A stretch of 44,514 bases of DNA from the UHGV virus genome UHGV-1355725; one strand, given 5' to 3'. A program made the position numbers and the translations under genes. The notes beneath the pieces were generated by a model, which was not told the DNA's origin, made no database searches, and worked only from the letters and a program-made list of their open reading frames with translations. Shown here in pieces: positions 10,085-18,468 of this stretch. This stretch comes from a virus. Position 1 is the stretch's first letter. The number at the start of each line of letters is the position of its first letter.

Positions 10085-10554
10085 CATGGAATGACGTTTA
10101 CGAATACGAAAACGGGAATCTTTACGCTAAGAGCAGCGTAAACCCTAAGTACCCGAAAGGACGTAAAGTAGGGTACGTTGACCACCGCGGATATGTAAGA
10201 ACTAAACTAGGATCAAAAATGACATTCGCCCACAGAATTATATGGGAAATGTTTAACGGAGCTATACCAGAAGGCAAGGAGATTGACCATATAAACGGTG
10301 TGAAAAGCGATAACCGTATAGAGAATCTTCGACTGTGCGACCGGCACATAAACTGCAAAAATGCAGCAAAGCGCAGGGATAACTCGTCTGGTGTTACCGG
10401 GGTTAGTAAAACATACAACGGTAAATGGGTCGTTCAAATTCAATATAACGGGAATAGAATAGCCAAGCGTTTCGACCAAAAAGAAGACGCCGTAAGATAT
10501 GCAGAATGTTTTTACAAAGAAAAGAAAGACTTTACTGAGAGGCACGGAAAATGA
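10081..10554 (+). CDS. HNH homing endonuclease (HNH plus AP2-like DNA-binding domain)
   Basis: Motifs HRIIWEMFNG...IDHINGVKSDNRIENLRL (HNH) and GVTGVSKTYNGKWVVQIQYNG...F (AP2-like); TTG start overlapping the upstream stop (TTGA), RBS AGGAGG. Confidence 0.8.
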   Translation: MTWNDVYEYENGNLYAKSSVNPKYPKGRKVGYVDHRGYVRTKLGSKMTFAHRIIWEMFNGAIPEGKEIDHINGVKSDNRIENLRLCDRHINCKNAAKRRDNSSGVTGVSKTYNGKWVVQIQYNGNRIAKRFDQKEDAVRYAECFYKEKKDFTERHGK

Positions 10555-10781
10555 CTTCAAAATACAACCGCACAATGACAAATACTCACGGCAGCACTAT
10601 GACTGTAGACGTTTACGATGTGCTGCGCGCCTTCGACATCCGCGACCCGGCGTTGCAGCACGCATTAAAGAAACTTTTGTGTATGGGCTTGCGTGGGCAC
10701 AAAGACACCGGAACCGACTTAGCAGAAGCAATTGAAAGTCTGGAAAAGTTACGGGAGTATAGAAGCAATATCGACGAATAA
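10551..10781 (+). CDS. hypothetical protein
   Basis: 76-aa ORF, ATG overlaps the HNH stop (ATGA); same insertion operon. Confidence 0.45.
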   Translation: MTSKYNRTMTNTHGSTMTVDVYDVLRAFDIRDPALQHALKKLLCMGLRGHKDTGTDLAEAIESLEKLREYRSNIDE

Positions 10782-10795
10782 CTACGAGGTATTTT

Positions 10796-10918
10796 ATGAA
10801 ACTAATTATTAACTTCTTTAAAGCCTTAACAGGTAACGATTTTGAGATTGACGGAGGTTGGCTAGTGTATGACCCTAATTTTGATACTTGGTTGTGGCAT
10901 AAAGAGAAACCTCGATGA
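10796..10918 (+). CDS. small hypothetical protein
   Basis: 40-aa ORF with RBS ACGAGG, last ORF before the terminator. Confidence 0.25.
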   Translation: MKLIINFFKALTGNDFEIDGGWLVYDPNFDTWLWHKEKPR

Positions 10919-10920
10919 GA

Positions 10921-10948
10921 AAAAGGCCCCGAAAGGGGCCTTAGTTTT
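10921..10948. terminator. bidirectional rho-independent terminator
   Basis: Hairpin AGGCCCC-gaa-GGGGCCT (10924-10941) flanked by A-run on one side and T-run on the other; lies between convergent genes (plus insertion operon, minus major tail gene). Confidence 0.6.
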
Positions 10949-12116
10949 ATGCGTAGGTGATACGCTGGATAACAATAGACGACTGGTACTGATTGCCGGT
11001 AGCCTGGCCTTCAATGGACTGAGTGATTGACTCAGGCCCGCCAATCTCTGGTGTAACCGCCGTAAGTTCCGCACGTTTCAGGCTGAAAGACATAGCCCCA
11101 TTTACCCCCGCCAGAATAGAGTTAATCTCTACCTGCTGCTCGTTGATAAACTTCTGAATCATCGCCATGTCGTACAGCTTGCCGGAGATGGAGAATGTGT
11201 TAGCTGCGCGGCCTCGCTCCACGAACGCGACGCTACTGTTGCCTAGTTCGAACTGCGCGGAAGCGCCATTGTCGTTTGTGATAGTGAGAGTGTCGCAGCG
11301 CAACGGCGTAGAACCGTCGAATACCGAAACGTCAACAGAAGAGAACGGCTCATCGGTGAACGTCACCTGCGAGAAATCAGAACCGGCTGGCGGCGCGGTA
11401 AGAATCTCCTGACTCAAGCCGATGAACGGGAAACTACCTGTCACCATCGCATTAACAGCCTGCTCGATGGTGAAACCTGATATTTCCACGCCTTTGGTCA
11501 ACATGTACGCGTCCTGGTTACCGCACTGGCCTTTGAACCATGTCAGGATGGAGAAAGTCTTACATGCGTTACCCGTTTCCAGTTTGTCGCCAGTTTTTCC
11601 ATCGGTCTCAATAGGGCCTTCGGCGGTCAGGGTGTGTTGAATACCCGCACCCGTAACCACAGTAGCAGTTACTGAGGTAACGATGAACGGCTTAGAGTTA
11701 TCGCCGGTTAAAGCGTCAAAATACAGAAGGTCCCCGACCTCTACACCGTCAGTAATGAAACTGCCAGTGTCGCGGGTGAAAGTTTTTGCTACCGGGTCTA
11801 CTGTAATACCGACAGCGGATAAGGTTACCCCATCCTGCCATGTGGATGTCATCGCACCAGCAAGGAAATCATCCTGGCTACGGGAGCTAAGCTCGATAGC
11901 GTACTCCCCGCTAACCTGCTTGTTACCGGTGCGGATGGACGTAGTTTCACGGCTGCCGTCCAGCTCGTTGGAAGTCAGTGCATCGCGGGTTACCGCAGGA
12001 ACGCCGCCAGTGTTGCGCAACGGCGACCATACCGGGTTACTTGGTGTTACACCCGGGGTCACTTCCGCCACATAGAATTGCGCGGTATTCGCGCCCTTAA
12101 AAGGAGTTGTAGCCAT
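10947..12116 (-). CDS. major tail protein
   Basis: About 389 aa from ATG 12116 with RBS AAGAGG; last large structural gene before the chaperone/tape-measure block; followed by a terminator. Confidence 0.5.
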   Translation of the reverse strand: MATTPFKGANTAQFYVAEVTPGVTPSNPVWSPLRNTGGVPAVTRDALTSNELDGSRETTSIRTGNKQVSGEYAIELSSRSQDDFLAGAMTSTWQDGVTLSAVGITVDPVAKTFTRDTGSFITDGVEVGDLLYFDALTGDNSKPFIVTSVTATVVTGAGIQHTLTAEGPIETDGKTGDKLETGNACKTFSILTWFKGQCGNQDAYMLTKGVEISGFTIEQAVNAMVTGSFPFIGLSQEILTAPPAGSDFSQVTFTDEPFSSVDVSVFDGSTPLRCDTLTITNDNGASAQFELGNSSVAFVERGRAANTFSISGKLYDMAMIQKFINEQQVEINSILAGVNGAMSFSLKRAELTAVTPEIGGPESITQSIEGQATGNQYQSSIVIQRITYA

Positions 12117-12118
12117 AT

Positions 12119-12535
12119 TCACAGCCTCTTGGTGAATGCAATAAAGTTAATTGACAATGGTCGTTTGGCCCATCCGTTTTCTACAATCAGCGGCCCCAGG
12201 CTTACCGATTGAACCTCGGCGCAGATGTCGTTACGTGAAAATGACTTACCTGCTTTAAACGCCGTGTTAAGTAAGTCTGCCATTTTATTGATTGGCGCGC
12301 TACCTTTCACCGATGCGTAGTTAATGTCAACCTGATAGACACCTGAACGTTGTTCCGTGAAGAACAAGTCCGCCTGTTCCGTATCTGCCAGCAACATGTA
12401 ACTTGCCAGATACGGCGTATCAGTTGACGTCGGTGCGTCGATGTTTTCGAGCGCGACCTTGATGCCATTGGCGGCTCCGAAAGCTACCAGCGGCACGTCA
12501 AACGCTTTGGTTAAGTCCTCAAAGTAGCCCATCAT
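12119..12535 (-). CDS. tail terminator / tail completion protein
   Basis: 138-aa ORF immediately upstream of the major tail gene; call is positional. Confidence 0.35.
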   Translation of the reverse strand: MMGYFEDLTKAFDVPLVAFGAANGIKVALENIDAPTSTDTPYLASYMLLADTEQADLFFTEQRSGVYQVDINYASVKGSAPINKMADLLNTAFKAGKSFSRNDICAEVQSVSLGPLIVENGWAKRPLSINFIAFTKRL

Positions 12536-12927
12536 TTCACCTTGTTGGCTTCTTCATTAATGAGTTGCTGGAAGCGAGACACGTTAGTCCTGACAACCCC
12601 GGCGGGGGCCTGTTGTGACCAGCCATACTCCAGCCGTTGGGCATACGGCAGATTATTTGTCAGCGTGAACTCGCGCCAGTCTGTAGCTTTAAGCACGAAA
12701 CTTGTAGCGTTTCCGGTTGCCGTATTTCCTGATTTATCCGTAGCGTCTGTAATTCCGGAAGCGGGAGTACCGCCAGACGCCATCCAGTTCATACGAAAGC
12801 GACCAGTATCTACCGGACTCGCCTTTATGATAGCGGAAAACAGTTTGATAGACACCTGACGCATCACCTTCTCAGGATTCTTCTTCGCCTTTTCTACGAA
12901 CTTAGAGACATCAAGCGCGAAACTCAT
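12532..12927 (-). CDS. HK97 gp10-like neck/tail component
   Basis: 131 aa with motif PVDTGRFRMNW typical of the HK97 gp10 family. Confidence 0.5.
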   Translation of the reverse strand: MSFALDVSKFVEKAKKNPEKVMRQVSIKLFSAIIKASPVDTGRFRMNWMASGGTPASGITDATDKSGNTATGNATSFVLKATDWREFTLTNNLPYAQRLEYGWSQQAPAGVVRTNVSRFQQLINEEANKVK

Positions 12928-13283
12928 TTTCTCACCTGAATAAAGTAAGCCACGACATCATCGTTAACCATCTTCTTCTCGATGGATACGACAGACCATT
13001 GCTCGCCGCCGAATTGTACCTTGTCTTCCATCTTCGGAACGACACTGCAATCCGCTTTAACAATCATGTCACCCGCCTGAATCGTCGTACCGTTTACCAG
13101 TCCCGCGTTTACCGGAACCGGAACGGCCTTCAACGGCAGCACTTCATCCGCAGACCAGACGTACTCACCGAGAACTTCATCCCACACTTTCGAGCCAGCA
13201 CGAACCAGAGATACCGTGCTACCGAATTTGGTTAGAAGGCGTGTACAAACGCCCTGCATACGTTTACTGAAAGCGGTGCTCAT
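12924..13283 (-). CDS. head-tail adaptor protein
   Basis: ATG 13283 overlaps the upstream stop (TAATG), RBS GGAGG; position in the head-tail joining cluster. Confidence 0.3.
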   Translation of the reverse strand: MSTAFSKRMQGVCTRLLTKFGSTVSLVRAGSKVWDEVLGEYVWSADEVLPLKAVPVPVNAGLVNGTTIQAGDMIVKADCSVVPKMEDKVQFGGEQWSVVSIEKKMVNDDVVAYFIQVRK

Positions 13284-13897
13284 TACGCGGCCTCCAGTCT
13301 CGAGATAACCAGTAACGCTGACGGCGCTGTACCCCATGCTGTTACAGTAGCCGCTTGCGGGTATACGCCACCAAAGTTGCTCCCGGCACTATCCCGCATA
13401 ATCTGCACGGAAAACGTCTGTCCGGCGGTTGGATTAATAACGACGCGAGACTCAATCGGGATCGTTACGTCGGCGCTTACCAGTTTCGTGGCGGCGGGCG
13501 AGCCATACTGAGCACCGTTAAGGAGAATGCGTGATAAAAGGATTGATGTCCCACTAGCACCAGTGCGCCCGGCCTGTAACTTGATGCGAACGGCATAGTT
13601 TCCGGGAGTGTTGAACGTAACCAGCCCCGCAGCATTAATCATTACCGGGTCAGATGCACTTCCCGGAGCGGAGCCGAAAGTTAACTGCAGTGCCGTATCT
13701 ACTGCGGAAGGCGCTTGTATTACGGTAGACGCGGCACGGAGAACTTCAACCTCTTTAACACCAGGAGTGGCGTAAATAGGTGAGTCCGCCATCTGTGTCA
13801 TTACTTCGCGTAGCTTCGCAGGGGTAATAAGCCCGGTGGTGTTATCGGGGAGGTTCGCTCCGATAAGGGTAAACATCTCTGTTTTAGTCTTCGCCAT
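13283..13897 (-). CDS. structural protein of unknown function
   Basis: 204-aa ORF, ATG 13897, in the head-tail joining cluster. Confidence 0.4.
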   Translation of the reverse strand: MAKTKTEMFTLIGANLPDNTTGLITPAKLREVMTQMADSPIYATPGVKEVEVLRAASTVIQAPSAVDTALQLTFGSAPGSASDPVMINAAGLVTFNTPGNYAVRIKLQAGRTGASGTSILLSRILLNGAQYGSPAATKLVSADVTIPIESRVVINPTAGQTFSVQIMRDSAGSNFGGVYPQAATVTAWGTAPSALLVISRLEAA

Positions 13898-13899
13898 TT

Positions 13900-14412
13900 T
13901 TAACCCCGGTACACGTTAAATGAGAAGCCATTGTTAAGACCGCCACACAGTAACGGGCGTAAGGCATCATCCGCAGCGGTAATCGCGGTTGTAGCGCCAC
14001 TGTTGCCGTTGTTGAAGTAGGTCACTGTTACTGCGCCCTCTACACGCTCAGTCTGTACGGAGCGGCCGTCCGAGTTAGCCCGCACCTCAGTACCCGCGCC
14101 ATACGTAACCGCAGCGATTACCTGCGCAAGAATAACCTGTTTCGGGATGACATTGTTAGCCACAGGGAAGCCATTCAACGTTACCCCCGTGCGCGGGTAT
14201 GCAAGATATTGTTCGGCGGATACGCGGCGTCCGCACATCTGCGATTCTGCGAGCCCAACATAAGTAGCGCCGTTGCGCAAGGCTACTTCCGCCGCTGTGT
14301 CATCTTCCGGTAACTCCAGACCATAATTAGCCGCTAACGCGCTGGCGTCAGCCAGACTAATATAACTGTCAGCGCCAGGTACTATTGACCCATCTTCCAC
14401 GATTAGCGGCAT
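13900..14412 (-). CDS. head-tail connector protein (gp6-like)
   Basis: 170-aa ORF; N-terminal YISLADASALAANYG... resembles head-tail connector proteins; position after the capsid/decoration genes. Confidence 0.4.
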   Translation of the reverse strand: MPLIVEDGSIVPGADSYISLADASALAANYGLELPEDDTAAEVALRNGATYVGLAESQMCGRRVSAEQYLAYPRTGVTLNGFPVANNVIPKQVILAQVIAAVTYGAGTEVRANSDGRSVQTERVEGAVTVTYFNNGNSGATTAITAADDALRPLLCGGLNNGFSFNVYRG

Positions 14413-14415
14413 AAA

Positions 14416-14595
14416 TTATTCCTCTGACTTACGGCGACGACGCTTAGCACCACCGCCGTTGTTGTGCGCTTCTTCGTTGTCCGGTTGGGTTGCAACCAGT
14501 TCATCCGCTTCTACGACACCGCGAACGGGCATCACCTGACCATCAACAACATCAACGTGAGTGTACTTTTCACGGATTACATAATTATCTGCCAT
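14416..14595 (-). CDS. small basic protein
   Basis: 59-aa ORF absent from the ORF track; ATG 14595 with RBS AAGGAAAGG; C-terminal GGGAKRRRRK. Confidence 0.3.
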   Translation of the reverse strand: MADNYVIREKYTHVDVVDGQVMPVRGVVEADELVATQPDNEEAHNNGGGAKRRRRKSEE

Positions 14596-14631
14596 GACCT
14601 TTCCTTATTACGGCCCCGAAGGGCCGTTGTA

Positions 14632-14976
14632 TTAAGACACAGTTGCTACAGTGCTGCTGGAGATAATATTACCATACACATCGTGAACAACCACTTTATA
14701 CGTGCCGGAATCGGTAGATGCGACAGTGGTGGCTTTGGTGTACGTAGCCGCTGTAGCGCCTGGGATGGCGTTGTTGTTCTTGTACCACTGATAAGAATAT
14801 GGCTCCAGACCGCCAGTTACTGCGACGGTAAGAGTCAATGCGGTGGGTGCACTAACAGTGGTGGTAGCATCAAGTGCGGTAGAGAAGGACGCAGGAGAAA
14901 TAGTCGCCATGTCAATCTTAGCACCTACGGTGTCTGCAGAGACGCCAGTGATGCGTCGTTTCAATACGTCTGCCAT
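14632..14976 (-). CDS. Ig-like domain protein (candidate head decoration)
   Basis: 114 aa; Ig-like signature YSYQWYKNNNAIPGATAATYTK...DSGTYKVVVHDVYGN; immediately downstream of the major capsid gene, RBS GAGGA. Confidence 0.5.
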   Translation of the reverse strand: MADVLKRRITGVSADTVGAKIDMATISPASFSTALDATTTVSAPTALTLTVAVTGGLEPYSYQWYKNNNAIPGATAATYTKATTVASTDSGTYKVVVHDVYGNIISSSTVATVS

Positions 14977-14994
14977 TGAGGAATCCTCTTAGTA

Positions 14995-15022
14995 AATGAA
15001 AAGAGGGACCGAAGTCCCTCTC
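14995..15022 (-). terminator. rho-independent terminator/attenuator after the capsid gene
   Basis: Hairpin GAGGGAC-ttcg-GTCCCTC followed on the minus strand by TTTTCATTT; lies between the capsid stop (15038) and the next gene. Confidence 0.5.
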
Positions 15023-15037
15023 GATTATAGCTTAACC

Positions 15038-16087
15038 TTAAGACCCGACACCAGTTACCAGGAAGGCAATCGGTACGTGCTTACGTTCAACAACACGGTT
15101 CCAGTTGGAGGCGTTCGCCAGGTCCTGCCAGGAAGCGGAGCGCGGGGTAGTCTCGGTGCCGTTGCCGGTGATTACTGCGCTGGTGAAGCTGTAGCCCAGT
15201 GGGTGCAGCAACCAGGTCTTACGGGTCCACAGGGTTTCGACGCCACCACCGTTACCACGAGACTCTTCGCGCTCATAGGCCAGCGGGTTGGACGGAGAAC
15301 CTTCACCATAACCGATAGCGCCGTTGCCGAAGATGATGGAGATGAACTTACGGCTCGGGCCAGTACCAACTACGGTCATGCTGTCGTCAACGATCACGCG
15401 GTAGCCCTGGTAGGTGGCAAACAGGGTGTCGTTGTCAGCGTTCTTGATGAAGTCAATAAGCTGCTGCTTACGGGCCTGCGCGTATACGAAGCTGTGCATA
15501 GCGATAGCGCCCAGCACTTCACCGCCGTTGCCCATCAGCGCATCACCCATAGTCTGGGTAGCGTCGATGAACGCGCCTGCGTCGAAGCCCAGAGTAGATG
15601 ACACGTCGATTACCATGTCGTTCTGCTCGTGGTATGCGTCGGTAGCGGCCACGTTGTCATTATACAGGCCAAGCGCAGTAGCAATCAGACGGCGTTGCGC
15701 CTGGCGCTGCCAGAAGTTATCCAGGCGAGAAGCCACAGATTGCAGCGGGTTCTGGCTGGTCAGTTCAACGGTCAGGTCAGCCTGGCCAAAACCTTCGTTC
15801 AGGTAAGCTACGCGCGCCATCATCTCACCGGTCTGGACATTACGCGGGGTAGCGATGTCCTGGTATACGTCGTTCGAGTAGTTTGGCTCGATAGATGTAT
15901 CAATCGCTTTCCAGAAAGGAATATTAGCGATGTTGGACGGGCCGCGGGCAATCTCGGCAGCGTATGGGGTCGGGGTCAGAATACCGGACTGGAAGAACGC
16001 GGTTTTTTCTACCGGGTCCTCGGTCATATAAGACGCCAGGACCGGGATGTTGCCAGTTACGATATCGCCGATAGTGGTAATTGCCAT
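15038..16087 (-). CDS. major capsid protein
   Basis: 349 aa, ATG 16087 with RBS GAGGAA; follows the scaffold gene and is followed by a terminator hairpin; classic head-module position. Confidence 0.7.
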   Translation of the reverse strand: MAITTIGDIVTGNIPVLASYMTEDPVEKTAFFQSGILTPTPYAAEIARGPSNIANIPFWKAIDTSIEPNYSNDVYQDIATPRNVQTGEMMARVAYLNEGFGQADLTVELTSQNPLQSVASRLDNFWQRQAQRRLIATALGLYNDNVAATDAYHEQNDMVIDVSSTLGFDAGAFIDATQTMGDALMGNGGEVLGAIAMHSFVYAQARKQQLIDFIKNADNDTLFATYQGYRVIVDDSMTVVGTGPSRKFISIIFGNGAIGYGEGSPSNPLAYEREESRGNGGGVETLWTRKTWLLHPLGYSFTSAVITGNGTETTPRSASWQDLANASNWNRVVERKHVPIAFLVTGVGS

Positions 16088-16089
16088 TA

Positions 16090-16791
16090 TTATTTCCTCA
16101 GGGCTTTAAGTTGCCGTTCAAATTCGGCAGGGTTCGATTTATACAGGGCTAAACGCTCTGCTTCACTCATGTCTTTAAACGCTGGTGCGGCCCCGCCGCC
16201 TTTGCTACCGGAAGCCCCGCCGCCGGAAGCTGCATTTGCTTTAATCAAATGCGAAAACGCTTTGTGTTCACGCAGATATTTACGGAACTGTTCCGGGTCA
16301 GTCGTGATTACGTTTCCGTCTGCGCCAACAAACTTAGTAACCACATCGTCACCTTCGAACTCAGTCTTAACGAACGGCGCAAGGATGTCCACTGCTTCCG
16401 GGGTAATAAAGTCACCTGCGAAAGAGCCTAACACCGCTTTACGTTCGCTGCCGAGGATGCGCTCCGCCATTCTGGAGATGCGACCGTCTTTCTCGGCTAA
16501 CACCGGGTCATACTGGCTACGAATCGTCTTTTCGAACTCGTCCATCTTACCTGCGGCTTTTAACGCCTCCTGGTGTGCGCGCTGCCGTTCTTCTTCGGCC
16601 TCTTTTGCTTTGCGAGCGGCTTCTTTCTTCTCCGCCAGCAATGCTTCCTGATTGGCCTTAAGCCCGGCAACTTCTTTCTCAATCAGCGCCTGAACTTCTT
16701 CAGCGGTGAACATTTTCGGCGCATCACCACCACCGGCTTTATCTTCTGCCCCAGCTTCTTCCTGGAACGGATAACGTAAAAAACGATTCAT
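16090..16791 (-). CDS. scaffolding protein
   Basis: Ala/Glu/Lys-rich helical ORF (EKKEAARKAKEAEEERQRAHQEALKAAGK) directly upstream of the capsid gene; start at 16791 is uncertain. Confidence 0.55.
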   Translation of the reverse strand: MNRFLRYPFQEEAGAEDKAGGGDAPKMFTAEEVQALIEKEVAGLKANQEALLAEKKEAARKAKEAEEERQRAHQEALKAAGKMDEFEKTIRSQYDPVLAEKDGRISRMAERILGSERKAVLGSFAGDFITPEAVDILAPFVKTEFEGDDVVTKFVGADGNVITTDPEQFRKYLREHKAFSHLIKANAASGGGASGSKGGGAAPAFKDMSEAERLALYKSNPAEFERQLKALRK

Positions 16792-16873
16792 AGTCAGTAT
16801 GTCCCCTGGACGTTGGAATCCGGGCCACCCGGATTTACATGTCAAGAATAAATTATTCCAACATGCAAGGCAA

Positions 16874-17137
16874 CTATTCCAGAATATTCCTCACGTAATC
16901 CTGCAACATGAACACTTTCAGTCTCAGTTGCCGTACACATTCAGCGTTCTGAACGTCGATAGCTAAATCCTCATCCGCGTTGCTACTTGGCGGGGCCAGT
17001 TTGCACGGCGGCTGCATCATCGTCATATCCGGGGATGGAATTGGCGTTGGCGACTGCGCTGGACTTGAGCTGCACGCGCTCAGGGTCAAAAGTGCACACG
17101 CTGCGACCAGGCGTTTTAATGTACTTAACGACTTCAC
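16874..17137 (-). CDS. o-spanin (Rz1-like outer-membrane lipoprotein)
   Basis: GTG start with RBS AGAGGTGA; signal peptide with lipobox LSAC; Pro-rich mature part (CSSSPAQSPTPIPSP...); begins inside the i-spanin gene in another frame and extends past it. Confidence 0.55.
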   Translation of the reverse strand: MKSLSTLKRLVAACALLTLSACSSSPAQSPTPIPSPDMTMMQPPCKLAPPSSNADEDLAIDVQNAECVRQLRLKVFMLQDYVRNILE

Positions 17138-17369
17138 GGGTAATCACCTCTGATTTCGTCTTGCCTTCGTTGTCAGCGGCGGCGGCCTTCGATTCATCCT
17201 GCTGCTGCCGTTGTGTTTTCTTCGCTAACTCAGCCTGTGCTTTCTGCTGTTGCTGCGAAACGAGATTCGCCCGGCCTTCGTTCCAGCCGCTGCGATACTG
17301 GTAGACGCCGTGTGCGTAAGCCAGGATGATGAAACATGCCGCCGCTACGACAGTTGCTTTAAGATTCAT
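16983..17369 (-). CDS. i-spanin (Rz-like)
   Basis: 128 aa; N-terminal TM anchor (MNLKATVVAAACFIILAY), Gln/Ala-rich coiled coil; RBS AAGGAG; overlapping lipoprotein gene in alternative frame. Confidence 0.55.
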   Translation of the reverse strand: MNLKATVVAAACFIILAYAHGVYQYRSGWNEGRANLVSQQQQKAQAELAKKTQRQQQDESKAAAADNEGKTKSEVITREVVKYIKTPGRSVCTFDPERVQLKSSAVANANSIPGYDDDAAAVQTGPAK

Positions 17370-17620
17370 GTTTCTCCTTTCTCGATAAGTAAAGCCCCGC
17401 CATAAAGCGGGGCGCTAGTCCTTATCATTTAAACATAGAAACGGCGTAATCTCAGTAAACCCGTTACTTTTTACACAAGCAATAGAGTATGGCCCTTCCG
17501 AACGCGTCAGCGTAACTACACTCAGGACTTACGTCCCGCTCCGTTACCTGCCCGCGCCGCGGTCGCTTGTTCATGCTTCACAAGCTCAGGTGGAGCTTAG
17601 CATATTTTCAGTGAAAAGTC

Positions 17621-17636
17621 AACTATTCGAATAGTT
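17621..17636. repeat. 16-bp perfect palindrome AACTATTCGAATAGTT
   Basis: Exact self-complementary 16-mer in the non-coding region upstream of the spanin genes; contains CTATT/AATAG half-sites in inverted order relative to the operator motif. Confidence 0.9.
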
Positions 17637-17688
17637 TATTCCAACATTTACAATTCATAAGAATAACTGGAATAGGTAAATAAATAGT

Positions 17689-17720
17689 TTGCAGACACCA
17701 ATATAATAGGGTACTATTCA
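17689..17720 (+). promoter_or_regulatory. class-1 promoter with embedded inverted-repeat operator
   Basis: TTGCAG (17689-17694), 17-bp spacer, TACTAT (17712-17717); inverted repeat AATAG-GGTA-CTATT 17705-17718; RBS AGGAGG and ATG 17745 follow. Confidence 0.5.
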
Positions 17721-17744
17721 GTTAACTTAAACAGGAGGCGATAT

Positions 17745-17975
17745 ATGGGTACATACACACATTCTATAAACTGGAAAGGCAGACGTGGTTTGGCGGTTCT
17801 CGAAGGGGGTGTTTCAGGCCCCCACGCGTTTGGGTGGTGGCTAGTGCCATCGTATTCAAACAAACATGGCGGGCAGGACTACGACTGGAATAACGCCGTT
17901 CCTACTAGATTCAAAACAAAGAAAGCCGCGTTGGATGCACGTAAAGAGTTAAGAAAAGGAGGATTATTTTTATAG
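17745..17975 (+). CDS. hypothetical protein (single-gene insertion)
   Basis: 76-aa ORF with own promoter and terminator, on the opposite strand to the flanking late genes. Confidence 0.5.
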   Translation: MGTYTHSINWKGRRGLAVLEGGVSGPHAFGWWLVPSYSNKHGGQDYDWNNAVPTRFKTKKAALDARKELRKGGLFL

Positions 17976-17980
17976 TAAAA

Positions 17981-18008
17981 CTAAGGCCCCATTATGGGGC
18001 CTTTTATC
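17981..18008. terminator. bidirectional rho-independent terminator
   Basis: Hairpin AGGCCCC-attat-GGGGCCT (17984-18002) followed by TTTT; lies between convergent stops. Confidence 0.6.
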
Positions 18009-18468
18009 ATTCTGGCTTAGTGACCTTCGCCGCTTTGCTTACCACCTCTACACCATCGGCATCGGTAACTTTAACGAAGTATTCACCCGCCGCGTTAACC
18101 GTCAGAGACAAAGCCTCTTCCGGGGCGTTGACTACTTCCTTACCGTCTTTGTACCAGGTCAGCACATATGGCGCTTTGCCCGCCTTAACTTCAACAGTGA
18201 TAGTTGCGCTGCCGTCTGCTGGTTCGACGTCTTTCGGTTGCACCGAGAAGTACACGTCACCCGCGTCCGCCAGATACGGAATCTCATAAAGCATACCCGC
18301 CGCCGGGAGCGCAATACCGGTTTTATCCGCAAACGGCATATCGTCTACCGGTGTACCTAGTACACTTTCATCTTCGATAAATACCACATTCTCGCTAGAG
18401 CCAGACACGCGGGCGTACTGGACTACGCGACGAGAAGGTACATCAGTTACTTTGAAAAAGCCCATCAT
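18007..18468 (-). CDS. Ig-like domain structural protein
   Basis: 153 aa; C-terminal Ig-like segment (ATITVEVKAGKAPYVLTWYKDGKEV...GEYFVKVTDADG); coupled to the head morphogenesis gene. Confidence 0.45.
   Translation of the reverse strand: MMGFFKVTDVPSRRVVQYARVSGSSENVVFIEDESVLGTPVDDMPFADKTGIALPAAGMLYEIPYLADAGDVYFSVQPKDVEPADGSATITVEVKAGKAPYVLTWYKDGKEVVNAPEEALSLTVNAAGEYFVKVTDADGVEVVSKAAKVTKPE

Noticed and set aside
15629-16651. 340-aa plus-strand ORF overlapping the capsid and scaffold genes
   Set aside because: Antisense to two well-supported late genes; Ser/Arg/Ala-rich composition and no translation signals; long open antisense frames are common in GC-biased coding sequence.
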